DNA of 64,000 nucleotides from IMG/VR virus record IMGVR_UViG_3300030060_005186. One strand, 5' to 3'. The notes under the pieces were generated by a model. It did not search any database. It saw only the letters and a program-made list of their open reading frames with translations, and was not told the origin of the DNA. A program made the position numbers and the translations under genes. Shown here piece after piece: positions 40,648 to 50,413 of this stretch. Position 1 is the stretch's first letter. Every line of letters begins with the position of its first letter. Source of the DNA: an uncultured virus (IMG/VR IMGVR_UViG_3300030060_005186) (Duplodnaviria > Heunggongvirae > Uroviricota > Caudoviricetes).

Positions 40648-40648
40648 T

Positions 40649-43600
40649 TCAGGCGGAAGAATCAGATTGAGAATTATGAGAAATCTGAACGTGCTGAGGC
40701 TCGTCTTCTTCGTTCTTGGGCGGCTTAGCGTCAGGGCAGTGCTCCATCTTGTGACCCATTCCCTGCTCGCACATCTGTCCCTTCTTGGCGCCGCACCAGC
40801 AATCCCCTCCCTTCTCTTGTCTATGGCCGGGGTCGTGGTCGGGTAGGTTGTATCCCTCTGTGTTCTCTGTGGGACCTGAAGGAGAATTTACAGGAGTGGC
40901 GTAGTCGATGCCTAGTGCTTTCGGGCCAGTCCACGTTATCTTCTCCTTGATTACTCTGTCCAGCAAGTCGTATGCCAGTTGCATGGATTTCGATATGTCC
41001 TCTTGCACTTCGTCAGGGTCTTTCGGTATGCGGTTCTTTTCAGGTATCACCTTTTTCGGTGGCTTGCTGTGATTCGCTGGTGGCTCAGGGTCGACGTCCT
41101 CCTTCTCAGCCCGCAGCAGCAAGGTAGCCACAGGTCCCCAGTAGTCCTGTTGGCTCTCTGCAATCTCTAGGGTGTAGTCATCTGGTGCGTCCGCGTCTTT
41201 CAGGATGAAGGCGTTGCCTTGCGTCTCTGTGGAGTATATCACCTGACCAGTGGGGAAGGTGAGGTAGATTGAGCCCTTCTTTACGTTCACAGAATGAGGG
41301 ACGTTTTCTTCTTTGAAGCCTGCGAGAATCTTCAGAGTGGCTGCACTGTCCGTGGCATTTGAGTCGCTCATACAGACGTACCGAGGCGCATTGACCTTGT
41401 AAATCGGCATCGTATTTCTCTTTTGCATAGTAACACTCGAGAATGATATTGTGATGTACTGGCCTTCTTCGACTCTCGATTCTGTGATGGACCCGACATC
41501 CATGTAGCACTCACCCTCGTACTCCTGCTTACGATTGCCCATCTTCTTCCCTATGGCCTCTGGGAAAGGACCGACTGCTATGCAATGGCGGTCTCCCTTG
41601 GAAGACACTACCAGCACGTCTATCTCCTTCTTGGGAGTAAGTAGAACCCAACGAGGGTGACGTGCCTCTCCTCTCATGTAAGTGGATTCTGCGTCTCTGA
41701 GTAGCACTCTCTGCACACCCTTCTCCTTGAGGAGATTCTTTACGCATTGTTGCAAACCTTCTGTGTCACTGCGCTTTGTGTTGATGGGAGCAGGTATCAG
41801 CACCTCCTCAGTAGCCTCGAACTTAGCACGCAGGAGTCGTATCCTGTTCTTGGCCTCCTCGTTGTGTATCTTCTCGTCACCACTCTCTATGATGTCGATG
41901 ATGTGCAACGTGTCCATGTCCCACACGGTATCGAGCAGGCAGTCCTTGTCGTATGCATCCTTGAGTCCCTTCTTGACGATGTTCGGCAGGGAGACTGCCT
42001 TGCCTTGGGAATCCCAAGCACGTATCGTCTTCTTCTTCTTGTGTACCATCAGCCGCTGCCCTTTGGGCCACGACGTGGTTATCCAGTCACCGGAGAAGCC
42101 CTGTAGAGAATTCAAGTCATCCAAGTCGAATATCCTGTGCATGTGCTTTATCGGTATTGGTTTCCCATCGTCGTCCTTCAGCAAGTAGTCCTCGTTAGTG
42201 AGGATGTCTAGGCTTCTCTTCAAGTCATACCCACTGTCCTCCATTCCTTCCTGTGGGCTCAACCCAGCCATTGCTGTTGATGCTGCGGTTCTCTGGCCAG
42301 CACTGCCACGCCAGTTTGGTGACACCATGCTAGAGGCTCCGCCATAGGATTCGGGGTATAGCGTCTCTTGACTGTAATCGAGGCTAGAGTCACCGAAGGC
42401 GTGCTTGACCCCGTTCGGTGGTAGGTGGAGGAGAGGCACTTCCTTGTCGCTGCTGACGAGTTTAGGCAACTTGCCTGAGGAGAAGTCAGCCTCTAGTCCG
42501 GGACGGCTCAGTGTGCCTCCTGCACTCAAGTGGCCTGTGGATGTGAATACGGACTTGGGTGAGAACTCATCACCCACTTCCAAGGACCCTATTCTGTCCC
42601 TGCCCTTTATGCTTCTGGACGATTCCGCGTCTTTGTCAGGTGAGTATTCGTACAAGTCGTAGGCCAACCTGCCGAGATTGTTGTATCTCTGCCAATTGTG
42701 CTTGGCACCTTTTCCCGTCTTGTCAGGCACTGTGAGGGGCTTTCTGTCTCCAGCGTGGACTATGGAGCCAGTCAAGTCTACATCGGAATGGAGTTTTTGC
42801 ATTACCTCCATCAATGCTTGGTAATCCATCACATCCAGACCAAAACGCCCTCTTCCGAAATTGAGACCTGTGATGTTCCCAGATTCGTTGCGCTCCACTT
42901 TTCCGTTCTTGCCTACGTGGTTATCCACATCCGCTAGGAAATCGCTCTTGCCCATGCTTCGTAGTTTCTGCACCGCTCGTTGCGCTCGCTCGAGCATGCC
43001 GGGTGAAATGTCATCTGAGTGCTTGTTCAGGTAGTTCTCCATGATATCCAGACCGCGAGTTCGTTGCACTCCGCCTCTGGCTTCACCGAATGCGCCCTTG
43101 ACTCGACCGAGGCTGACGTCATCCGGCGGTTCCTCGGTGTATTCTGGAGTGGACCAGTGCTCGAGAGTACGTAGGTTCCGAATGTTCGGTGCGAGTCGTT
43201 CGTCCCCCATCCCCTCTAGTTTATCAGCCAGTTCCTCCCTCCAAGACTGGTCAGGGCTGTGTATCAATTTCTCTGCTAGGTTCATGAGCATCATGTGATT
43301 GATGTAGCCCTGCCCGTCCAAGCCGAACATGTCAGCGAGTTCTGGTTGCTCTGAGAGGTAGTACTTCTTCAGCCCTTGAGCGACTGTGCCTGCCATGTTG
43401 TAAGCGTCGAGCATGTGCCTCAATTGACTGGAGACCGAGCCAAGCCTATTGGGAGCCTCGAAATTCCCTGCTAGGGTATCGGACTCGTGCATGAGTTGCG
43501 AGTCGTCGCTGTAAGCATATTGCAGGAGTTCTTGCTGCTGCTGGCCTATCGCTTCCTGCAGCACGTCCTTGACCATATCAGGAGTGCTATCAGTGTCACG

Positions 43601-46600
43601 TAGCCTCTCCAACTCGAGAATGTGGTCCATCATCAACGTAGCCGGGTGCGCTGCTATGATGACCCCACCCTCAGTCGAACTGGCAGTGTCAGTGCTAGCG
43701 TCCTCCTGCTCCTGTGACATCCGTGCTCTGCCGAGCAACCGCTGGTCTCCCGACCCACCCATGTCGACATCCACTCCGGTATCCACTCTGTTACGAGGCT
43801 TGATTACTGAGTTTGTGAACATGGGGCTGCGAATCACGAACTTGCCGAAGTTGTCGTGATAGGACCTTTCGTCGTCGCTTGCGCTAGCGTCCGTGTTGGT
43901 CATACCCCTGAGGATGGATGGAAGCCAACTAGCGAAGGCTCTCCCTGCGCGGTCTAGTAGAGGCATGCGGAAGAGTTGCCTCATTGAGTCTCGACGGAAA
44001 TCGACTGTGTCCTCACTGTCGTTGGCGGTCTCCCCATTGAGCAACTGCGCCCTTTCCTCAGGGTCTCGAACCAGAGAGTTGAAGTTGTCCCTATGGAATT
44101 GCTCAGGTGCACCCCAGCCTCCTCCGAATGGGTTCATCTTCATCCCGTGCTGCATCCACCCATCGAGTAGTTGCCCCCTGATTTTTGACAGGCTGCCCAT
44201 CTCAGGCACTACTTGGAACTGAGGGTGGTGAGGGTGTATGAGCAGGTCCTCAGGAGTGAAGTCGAAGATTCTGTCAGGCTCTTCGATGAGCGTGTTTAGG
44301 CGAGTGTAGACTGATTCTCTGTTCCCGTGGTTAGGACCGTTGGGCTCCAAGCCGTGGAAGATGGTCTTCCCGTCCTTGTCCTTCGTCCCCTGTGGATTCT
44401 CGACATAGACGTTGTAGTTTTCCATCGCCCTGTCCAGTGGTCCCATCCCGATGCGGTCCAAGCCTTGCTCCCCCCCATAGGCGAATTGGGTGATGCCTGC
44501 ATTGTCAGTCTTGACGTGGAGTGGGGCTTTTCCGTCCTGTATGGGCTCGTCAGGCGCAGCCCCCATCGAGGGTGTTCTGTTCGCCTCCGTTATGAGGTGG
44601 TTGAGCAGGCCTCCGGGACCGTCTACGCCCTTGGTCCGGGCGATGTCGAGGAGGTCATGGTCTTCCCCGTGACCGTTGGTCACTCCTAGTAGGAGGTCTA
44701 GTAGGCTGAAGTCCCTGACCGTGTCACCTACGTCATGCTCGCTCTTGTGGGTGTGCGAGTTCCCATGCTTCATAGCAGTTTCACCCATTTTCAAACGTCT
44801 ATGTTGAACAGTGCTTTCATGAGCGTTATCACCGAGCCTGTCTCGGGTGATGCTCTTGCGCCCACGGGAGGACTCACCCCCACGGGCTTCCTTCCAGTCC
44901 ATGTACTCCTTGGCCTCATCAGCCAGTTTAGGCGAATGCGAGAAGTCGTACATTCTGTTTCCGGTGCTCCACGTGGTGCCGCTGATGTCGCCCTCATCGA
45001 ACACCCGACCTCGTCCTTTGGGCAAGTCCGAGCCGAACCAAGGCCTGAAGTCGACCGTCTGCTTCTCAGACGACCCTAGACCACCCACCCATTCCGTATC
45101 CGCTACTATGGGCAGGGGTATCGTCATCTGGTCTATCTGCTTGCGTGCCTTCTGGGAGGAGAGTCTCTGTGAGAAGAGTCTGTCAGAAGGGTCGTAGTCA
45201 TCATCCTTCTCGTCGAAGGTCTTCAGCCTGTCTTCCGGGTCGACCTCTCCCATGTCAGTCATCAGGCCATCTAGGAACTCATGCCAGAAGTTTATCACGT
45301 CAATCGGCCCTAAGCCCTGACCTCCACCTCTGTTGAACTCGTGGTATATGTTCGTGAAAGAGGGAGCGCCGTCTGGAAGGAGCCTGCTCCTGTGAGCAGA
45401 CATGGCGTCGTTGGTTTGCAAGTCAGTCCTAGCGTATTTCCGTTGTGTGTCGAACTGCTTCTTCAAGGCGTTTCTCATGGTCTTGTTGAAGCCGCGTACG
45501 TTGTTCTTCTCCCAGCCCGCTAGTAGTTGGTCATTGATGGTCGGCTGTTCGTCCCCGTAGTTTCCATCCTCGTCAGGCAGGATTCCTTTCGAGTTAGCGA
45601 GCATCTGGAAGAGAGTAGGGCCGGAGAGGGGGTCTCGTGTATATCCACCACGCTTCTCCGTGGCTTGTGTCGTCTGTGGTGTCCTATTGGTCATGATAGT
45701 GCTCATCCAAGTCATCTGGTCCAAGTCAGAACTCTCTATATCACCATAGTAGTCGGGTGGAAATTGCTGGGTCACTTGACCTGCTGGCCGGGTGAGCGGC
45801 GCAGTGAGCATGGCATGCTTGCGCTGCTCCCAAATGCGATGAAGCAGCCCCTTCGATTGCAACTGCCCTGCGAGGAAGGAACTGTCCTTCTCGGGGTTGG
45901 GGTTTCTACCGGGGTCCCTATCCTCTCCTGCCACCCACCATCGCAGCACCTGCTTCGCGTCCTCAGATGGCAGAGCCTCCAGCCCTAACAAGGTAGGGAC
46001 CAGACCCAGTCGTGGGGTGGTGCCATCCCACGGCAAGGACATGAGTTGCTCGGCCCTGCCTTTGTCCCACTTGCCATTGTCATAGCACTCGTCGTAGATT
46101 CTCTCCTCTGGTATGCCTTCGTGTCGTAGTATGAGATGCTCCACGAAGTCGTTCCTCTCTCCCTCGAATCCCCTCTTCTTCATCTCCGCCCTCCAGAGGT
46201 CCAGACCATGTTGGAATATGTCTCCTAGACCGACTGCGTTCTCCCCGTACTCACCGAAGGCCTTGTTGTGAGTGTGTTTGCCGTGCTTTTTCTCCCAGCG
46301 CTTCATCTCCCTGTCCATGGCATCAACGGAACCACCCTCTCTGTACATCGCTCGCATTATCTCAGCGAAGGCATTGTCACGGTACAGGGGGATGCGCTCT
46401 ACAGGGTGGTCGACTACCATGTTATTGTGCCTCAAGTCATTCGCGTCCATCGTGTCGGTGTTTCTACTGGTGCTCTCAGGCCGAGCGCTGTAGAGGTCAT
46501 CGATTACGAAGTCTGGAATGTGATTGTGCACGCTCTCTTCAGTGGGGTCTTTCGCTTTGATGCCCTCCTCCGGGTCTGCGAATAGGTCTTCTTCCATACG

Positions 46601-46984
46601 CTCTCGTAATCGGCCATTGCCGCCTACCCCCTTGTTCTCGTAACTGGTGAAGGGTTTGAGCACTCTCCACGTATCACCCAAGAAGCCCTGCTTGCGATAC
46701 AATCGGCCTTCCTTGTCTGCTTGGATTCGTGCTTTGCGGGCTCGCTCTAGTCTCTCTTGCCTGTTTCTTATCCGCTCTATGTGCCTGACGGAGGCACCGC
46801 TGACTCCAGCGTCTTTGAGCAGGAGATGAGCATTTGTTATGATGGGGTCTGCCTCTGGCACAATGTCGTGATTGTGGAGATTGAGTATGGATAGGTACAA
46901 CTCAGCAGCGTCTTCGACGTCGTTGCTCTTGACGAAGTTCCCTCGCGCTCTTAGATAGAACTGGTAGGGCCCTTCTTCATACAC
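40649..46984 (-). CDS. 2111-aa putative internal head protein with a degenerate ATP-dependent DNA ligase domain near the C-terminus
   Basis: Ligase-like motifs in order at about 41370-42100: WITTSWPKGQR, LLDTV, IIDII, RIRLL, VLLRDAESTY..G.ARHPRW, then an OB-like part. GTG start with GGTGA RBS. Confidence 0.75.
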   Translation of the reverse strand: MYEEGPYQFYLRARGNFVKSNDVEDAAELYLSILNLHNHDIVPEADPIITNAHLLLKDAGVSGASVRHIERIRNRQERLERARKARIQADKEGRLYRKQGFLGDTWRVLKPFTSYENKGVGGNGRLRERMEEDLFADPEEGIKAKDPTEESVHNHIPDFVIDDLYSARPESTSRNTDTMDANDLRHNNMVVDHPVERIPLYRDNAFAEIMRAMYREGGSVDAMDREMKRWEKKHGKHTHNKAFGEYGENAVGLGDIFQHGLDLWRAEMKKRGFEGERNDFVEHLILRHEGIPEERIYDECYDNGKWDKGRAEQLMSLPWDGTTPRLGLVPTLLGLEALPSEDAKQVLRWWVAGEDRDPGRNPNPEKDSSFLAGQLQSKGLLHRIWEQRKHAMLTAPLTRPAGQVTQQFPPDYYGDIESSDLDQMTWMSTIMTNRTPQTTQATEKRGGYTRDPLSGPTLFQMLANSKGILPDEDGNYGDEQPTINDQLLAGWEKNNVRGFNKTMRNALKKQFDTQRKYARTDLQTNDAMSAHRSRLLPDGAPSFTNIYHEFNRGGGQGLGPIDVINFWHEFLDGLMTDMGEVDPEDRLKTFDEKDDDYDPSDRLFSQRLSSQKARKQIDQMTIPLPIVADTEWVGGLGSSEKQTVDFRPWFGSDLPKGRGRVFDEGDISGTTWSTGNRMYDFSHSPKLADEAKEYMDWKEARGGESSRGRKSITRDRLGDNAHESTVQHRRLKMGETAMKHGNSHTHKSEHDVGDTVRDFSLLDLLLGVTNGHGEDHDLLDIARTKGVDGPGGLLNHLITEANRTPSMGAAPDEPIQDGKAPLHVKTDNAGITQFAYGGEQGLDRIGMGPLDRAMENYNVYVENPQGTKDKDGKTIFHGLEPNGPNHGNRESVYTRLNTLIEEPDRIFDFTPEDLLIHPHHPQFQVVPEMGSLSKIRGQLLDGWMQHGMKMNPFGGGWGAPEQFHRDNFNSLVRDPEERAQLLNGETANDSEDTVDFRRDSMRQLFRMPLLDRAGRAFASWLPSILRGMTNTDASASDDERSYHDNFGKFVIRSPMFTNSVIKPRNRVDTGVDVDMGGSGDQRLLGRARMSQEQEDASTDTASSTEGGVIIAAHPATLMMDHILELERLRDTDSTPDMVKDVLQEAIGQQQQELLQYAYSDDSQLMHESDTLAGNFEAPNRLGSVSSQLRHMLDAYNMAGTVAQGLKKYYLSEQPELADMFGLDGQGYINHMMLMNLAEKLIHSPDQSWREELADKLEGMGDERLAPNIRNLRTLEHWSTPEYTEEPPDDVSLGRVKGAFGEARGGVQRTRGLDIMENYLNKHSDDISPGMLERAQRAVQKLRSMGKSDFLADVDNHVGKNGKVERNESGNITGLNFGRGRFGLDVMDYQALMEVMQKLHSDVDLTGSIVHAGDRKPLTVPDKTGKGAKHNWQRYNNLGRLAYDLYEYSPDKDAESSRSIKGRDRIGSLEVGDEFSPKSVFTSTGHLSAGGTLSRPGLEADFSSGKLPKLVSSDKEVPLLHLPPNGVKHAFGDSSLDYSQETLYPESYGGASSMVSPNWRGSAGQRTAASTAMAGLSPQEGMEDSGYDLKRSLDILTNEDYLLKDDDGKPIPIKHMHRIFDLDDLNSLQGFSGDWITTSWPKGQRLMVHKKKKTIRAWDSQGKAVSLPNIVKKGLKDAYDKDCLLDTVWDMDTLHIIDIIESGDEKIHNEEAKNRIRLLRAKFEATEEVLIPAPINTKRSDTEGLQQCVKNLLKEKGVQRVLLRDAESTYMRGEARHPRWVLLTPKKEIDVLVVSSKGDRHCIAVGPFPEAIGKKMGNRKQEYEGECYMDVGSITESRVEEGQYITISFSSVTMQKRNTMPIYKVNAPRYVCMSDSNATDSAATLKILAGFKEENVPHSVNVKKGSIYLTFPTGQVIYSTETQGNAFILKDADAPDDYTLEIAESQQDYWGPVATLLLRAEKEDVDPEPPANHSKPPKKVIPEKNRIPKDPDEVQEDISKSMQLAYDLLDRVIKEKITWTGPKALGIDYATPVNSPSGPTENTEGYNLPDHDPGHRQEKGGDCWCGAKKGQMCEQGMGHKMEHCPDAKPPKNEEDEPQHVQISHNSQSDSSA

Positions 46985-46997
46985 ACAGTCACCAGCC

Positions 46998-47828
46998 TCA
47001 CATCATAGGTGGGCCGCCACCGCCGCCCATTGGGGGCATGCCGGGCGGACCGCCGCCTCCCGGAGGTCCTCCACCACCCATTGGTGGCTTAGGCATTGGG
47101 AGTTTGGGCTTGCTGTCTCCTGACTTGTCTGCTAGTTCGTCGACTAGTGACTTGATTTTCTCTGCGAGGTCATCTGAGTCACCATCGTCATCCATGTCCA
47201 TCTTAGGTGGACCCATTGGAGGGCCGCCCGGACCATCGTCCATGTCAGGTCCATCGGGACCACCCGGCTTTGGCTTAAGCATGTCCATGAGATTAGCCTT
47301 CATGACGTCGCTGTGCGCTTTGTCACACTGTGCCTTTTGCTTGGCTGAGCACTCTGAGTACTTCTTACCGAACTTATTCATGCAATACTTGTCTTTGTCA
47401 CCCATATCGCCCTTCTTGACCTTCTTGCCTTTCTTCTTGTCTTTCAAGGCACTTCTCATGGGCTCCTTTCTGTCACCGTCACCATCCATGTCTAGGAAGT
47501 CTGGCTTCTGAGCCTTGCGAATATCACCAGCGGTGTTCTCATGCACTGACAGAGTAGAGCCAGTTTGATGTGGGTTAGCATCTAGCATTGATACATCTTG
47601 AGGGGCGACGTTCTTCTTAGACACAGTCTCTATGTTCTCTTCTGGCTGCATTTGATTGGTCCAGTAGTGAGTCATTGGAGCCTCTTCCACACCAGTGATG
47701 TTTCTTATTTGAGAGTCGTCCCTGAGAGATGCGATTTTTATCAGCATCTCCTCCATACTGTGTGCTTTCTCTAGCAATTCATCAACATCGGGAGCGTTCT
47801 CCCCTGCATCAACTCTCATTGGTTTCAT
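46998..47828 (-). CDS. Low-complexity head-associated protein
   Basis: PDFLDMDGDGDRKEPM (DxDxDG loop), a small Cys motif and a P/G/M-rich tail. Confidence 0.7.
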   Translation of the reverse strand: MKPMRVDAGENAPDVDELLEKAHSMEEMLIKIASLRDDSQIRNITGVEEAPMTHYWTNQMQPEENIETVSKKNVAPQDVSMLDANPHQTGSTLSVHENTAGDIRKAQKPDFLDMDGDGDRKEPMRSALKDKKKGKKVKKGDMGDKDKYCMNKFGKKYSECSAKQKAQCDKAHSDVMKANLMDMLKPKPGGPDGPDMDDGPGGPPMGPPKMDMDDDGDSDDLAEKIKSLVDELADKSGDSKPKLPMPKPPMGGGGPPGGGGPPGMPPMGGGGGPPMM

Positions 47829-48187
47829 ACGTCCACCGGCCTTCCTTCTGCTTGCGCGGCCTGTTCAGCCATCGCGTGAATGTCATCCCAACCCATGTCG
47901 TGCCATTGGGCGTTGTCTTCAGGCATGTTATTGACCATTACACCGTCTATGGCTATGGCGGCCTTCTCGATTACCTCGTCTCTGTCTCCTCGGAGGGGGT
48001 CTCCCCAGACGTCGCTAGTAGCGGGTGTCACTGCCTTGACGAAACCAGCCTGCTTCAGAAGTGCCTCTGGGTTACTCACCATTCCCTTGAGGATGGTGTT
48101 CTGCTCTTTGAGAGTGTCTATGTCACTGTCCATGCGCTCCATCTTAGTGATGAGCACGTCTACGAGAGCAGTGACCTCTTCTGACAT
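47825..48187 (-). CDS. Putative accessory scaffolding protein
   Basis: N-terminal coiled coil. C-terminal MGWDDIHAMA resembles the protease/scaffold C-terminus MSWDDVHRLA. Confidence 0.6.
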   Translation of the reverse strand: MSEEVTALVDVLITKMERMDSDIDTLKEQNTILKGMVSNPEALLKQAGFVKAVTPATSDVWGDPLRGDRDEVIEKAAIAIDGVMVNNMPEDNAQWHDMGWDDIHAMAEQAAQAEGRPVDV

Positions 48188-48540
48188 CAGTCAACCCTCT
48201 GTCCGAAACCGTGCTGGGGGCGCCAATTCGACATGATGCCATCAGGGCCGATGTAACCTGCTGGCCTATCACCCTTGATGATTGAACCTTGGTCCTTGAA
48301 TTCCATGACTGGAACTCCACCTGCGTAGATATCATTTACTCCAATGGCCTTGTTAGCCTCGGTTTCTGACTTGTAGATGGAGGTGACGTCCTCAGAGAGG
48401 TAGTCACTGGTCTGAGCAATCGACCTGAGAAACTGCTGAGCAGCCACCAAGTCGTTGTTTTCTAGCGCGCTCTTGAACTCTCCGATGGAGGTTTCGAGTT
48501 TCCTAACCATCGGGTCGAGTTTGACAATCGTGTCCGACAT
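48187..48540 (-). CDS. Hypothetical head-module protein
   Basis: Probable start MSDTIVK at 48540, with GAGGAG upstream (track start 48552). Helical N-terminus. Confidence 0.65.
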   Translation of the reverse strand: MSDTIVKLDPMVRKLETSIGEFKSALENNDLVAAQQFLRSIAQTSDYLSEDVTSIYKSETEANKAIGVNDIYAGGVPVMEFKDQGSIIKGDRPAGYIGPDGIMSNWRPQHGFGQRVD

Positions 48541-48563
48541 GACTCCTCGCATTGCCTACCGCC

Positions 48564-48571
48564 TCATTAAA
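48564..48571 (-). promoter_or_regulatory. Candidate TATA-like box (TTTAATGA)
   Basis: Ends 24 nt before the ATG at 48540, the same spacing as the box at 40640. Confidence 0.4.
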
Positions 48572-50413
48572 CTATTGTTGGAAACTGTTGTGGTCTTTTT
48601 GGTTGCCAAGAGGGTCACTCGCGGTCTCCATCGCATCTTCTACTGATTGTACCGCTTGCTCTAAAGGAGTCTTTTTCTTGCCTCTCTGGTTCTTGGTCCT
48701 CTTAGGTGACCCTGATTGGTGAGTGTCCGAACTAACTGGTGCCGGTCCTCTGTCCCGTTGGCCAGTGCCTTCTCCTAGACCCATGGCTTTGGCTATGCCG
48801 GGTGGGGGTGCTTGACCACCGGGAGGCATGCCACCGGGTGGGGGTTGTGGTCCACCGGGAGGCAGTCCTCCGGGTGCCGCTCCACCGGGGGGCGGTCCAC
48901 CGGGTGCTGCTCCTCCCGGTTGAGGGACTCCAGCAGGTGGTGGGCCGGGATTCGGTTGAGCCTGCTGTGCTTGCATCGCAGCCTCCTCTGGAGAAGGCAC
49001 TCTATACACGAATCTGATGTCTCGGCCAGCGTCTTCAGTCAACTCAGGCTGGAAGCCGAGGGCCTGCATCCTCTGGGCGATATTGACTTCCATCTCGTCT
49101 CGTCGGAGACGCGTGACATCATCCTCCTCCTCATTCGGCCTGAGCGTCAACTCCCAGTCAGTGGTGCCCATCTCTGTTAGCAGTCTCGGGAACAACTCAC
49201 GAGAATACAGTTTCTGGCCATACTCCACTGCTCTGTTCGTAACGAGTATCTGCAAGCCCTCGTTATTGAGGCCTCCACCCTTCCCCGTATCCATCATGAA
49301 GACGTTGGAAACTCCGTAGAAAGCCGCTATCCTCATGCGCAACTCATCGCGTACAGCGCCGTACTGCATCTCATCGAGAGAGTCCATGAAACGGACGAAT
49401 TCCACACGACCTCTACCTGTAGCAGATTCTATACCGACCTTGGGTATGTAGTTGGGGTCACGCTCCATCTTCTCCTCAGCGCCCTTCCAGAAGGAGGCAG
49501 TGGATTGGATGTTGTCTGTCGTGATAGCGAGGACGCCTCTGGGTATCCTCCTCTTCTGGTAAGCGAGGTACATGTAGTTGTCCATGGCGGATAGCGTCAT
49601 TGCTTGACGCCACATAGTAGCAACAGGGCTCCTACCGTAGAGTTTCGTCGGGTTGAATTTGGATATGTGGAGTATCTCACCGTCTATGTAGTACTGGGTC
49701 TTACCAGAACCTGCAGTGTTGATGTGGTGCACGTCTTGCAGTTCTAGTCCACAGGTCTCGCATTCCTTGTGGTCTCCAGTGAGTGGGTAGGTGCGGTCTC
49801 TATGGACTGGGCAGACGAGATACCGACCCCCTCTGACACCCCTCTTGTCTGATACGATGCGAATGAAGGTGGGGTCACCTCTGAGTACCTCTTTGATGCG
49901 GAAGAACTGTATCTTGCCACTGTCCGGGTCCATGTAATACTCCTTGATGAGAACTAGGAATGCGTCATCCACGACATTCAAGTCCCATTCAATCTCCCTC
50001 AGTACGTCAGTGAATGACTGGTCCATCGAATTACGCTGCTCAGTCAGCCATCTGGGGTATATGACTTGGTCTGGGTCTGGACTCTTCATCTCCTTGCTGT
50101 TGCAGAAGTGACATTCCTCGACGTCATGCTGGTATTCCTCGGAGCACGTCATGCACTTCTTGTGGAACTTCTTCTTCCAATAGTGACCACGTCGGAATAT
50201 CTCTTGCGATAGTGTGTTCAAGGTGGTTCGTAGAATCACGCTCTCCTGCACAGTGGCGTAGAGTGCAGGTATGCTGACGCCTTGCACTAGCACGGGTTCC
50301 TGTATCCCTGCTTTCCACAGGGGCATGATAGGCTCAGGAGTGGTCTTTCGACGGAAGCGGTCGGTGAGGCCGCTCATTAACCTCCCTAGTGGCCCTTTCT
50401 TGTCATCCGCCAT
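48572..50413 (-). CDS. Portal protein
   Basis: DL.VVDDAFLV, EILHISKFNP..LYGRSPV, DEMQY..RIAAFYGVS. Downstream of terminase. Two Cys-rich inserts and a P/G-rich tail. Confidence 0.9.
   Translation of the reverse strand: MADDKKGPLGRLMSGLTDRFRRKTTPEPIMPLWKAGIQEPVLVQGVSIPALYATVQESVILRTTLNTLSQEIFRRGHYWKKKFHKKCMTCSEEYQHDVEECHFCNSKEMKSPDPDQVIYPRWLTEQRNSMDQSFTDVLREIEWDLNVVDDAFLVLIKEYYMDPDSGKIQFFRIKEVLRGDPTFIRIVSDKRGVRGGRYLVCPVHRDRTYPLTGDHKECETCGLELQDVHHINTAGSGKTQYYIDGEILHISKFNPTKLYGRSPVATMWRQAMTLSAMDNYMYLAYQKRRIPRGVLAITTDNIQSTASFWKGAEEKMERDPNYIPKVGIESATGRGRVEFVRFMDSLDEMQYGAVRDELRMRIAAFYGVSNVFMMDTGKGGGLNNEGLQILVTNRAVEYGQKLYSRELFPRLLTEMGTTDWELTLRPNEEEDDVTRLRRDEMEVNIAQRMQALGFQPELTEDAGRDIRFVYRVPSPEEAAMQAQQAQPNPGPPPAGVPQPGGAAPGGPPPGGAAPGGLPPGGPQPPPGGMPPGGQAPPPGIAKAMGLGEGTGQRDRGPAPVSSDTHQSGSPKRTKNQRGKKKTPLEQAVQSVEDAMETASDPLGNQKDHNSFQQ

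Noticed and set aside
40649..46984. Functional replicative DNA ligase or virion RNA polymerase
   Set aside because: Ligase catalytic residues are missing, and I saw no convincing polymerase motif in the N-terminal region by eye.
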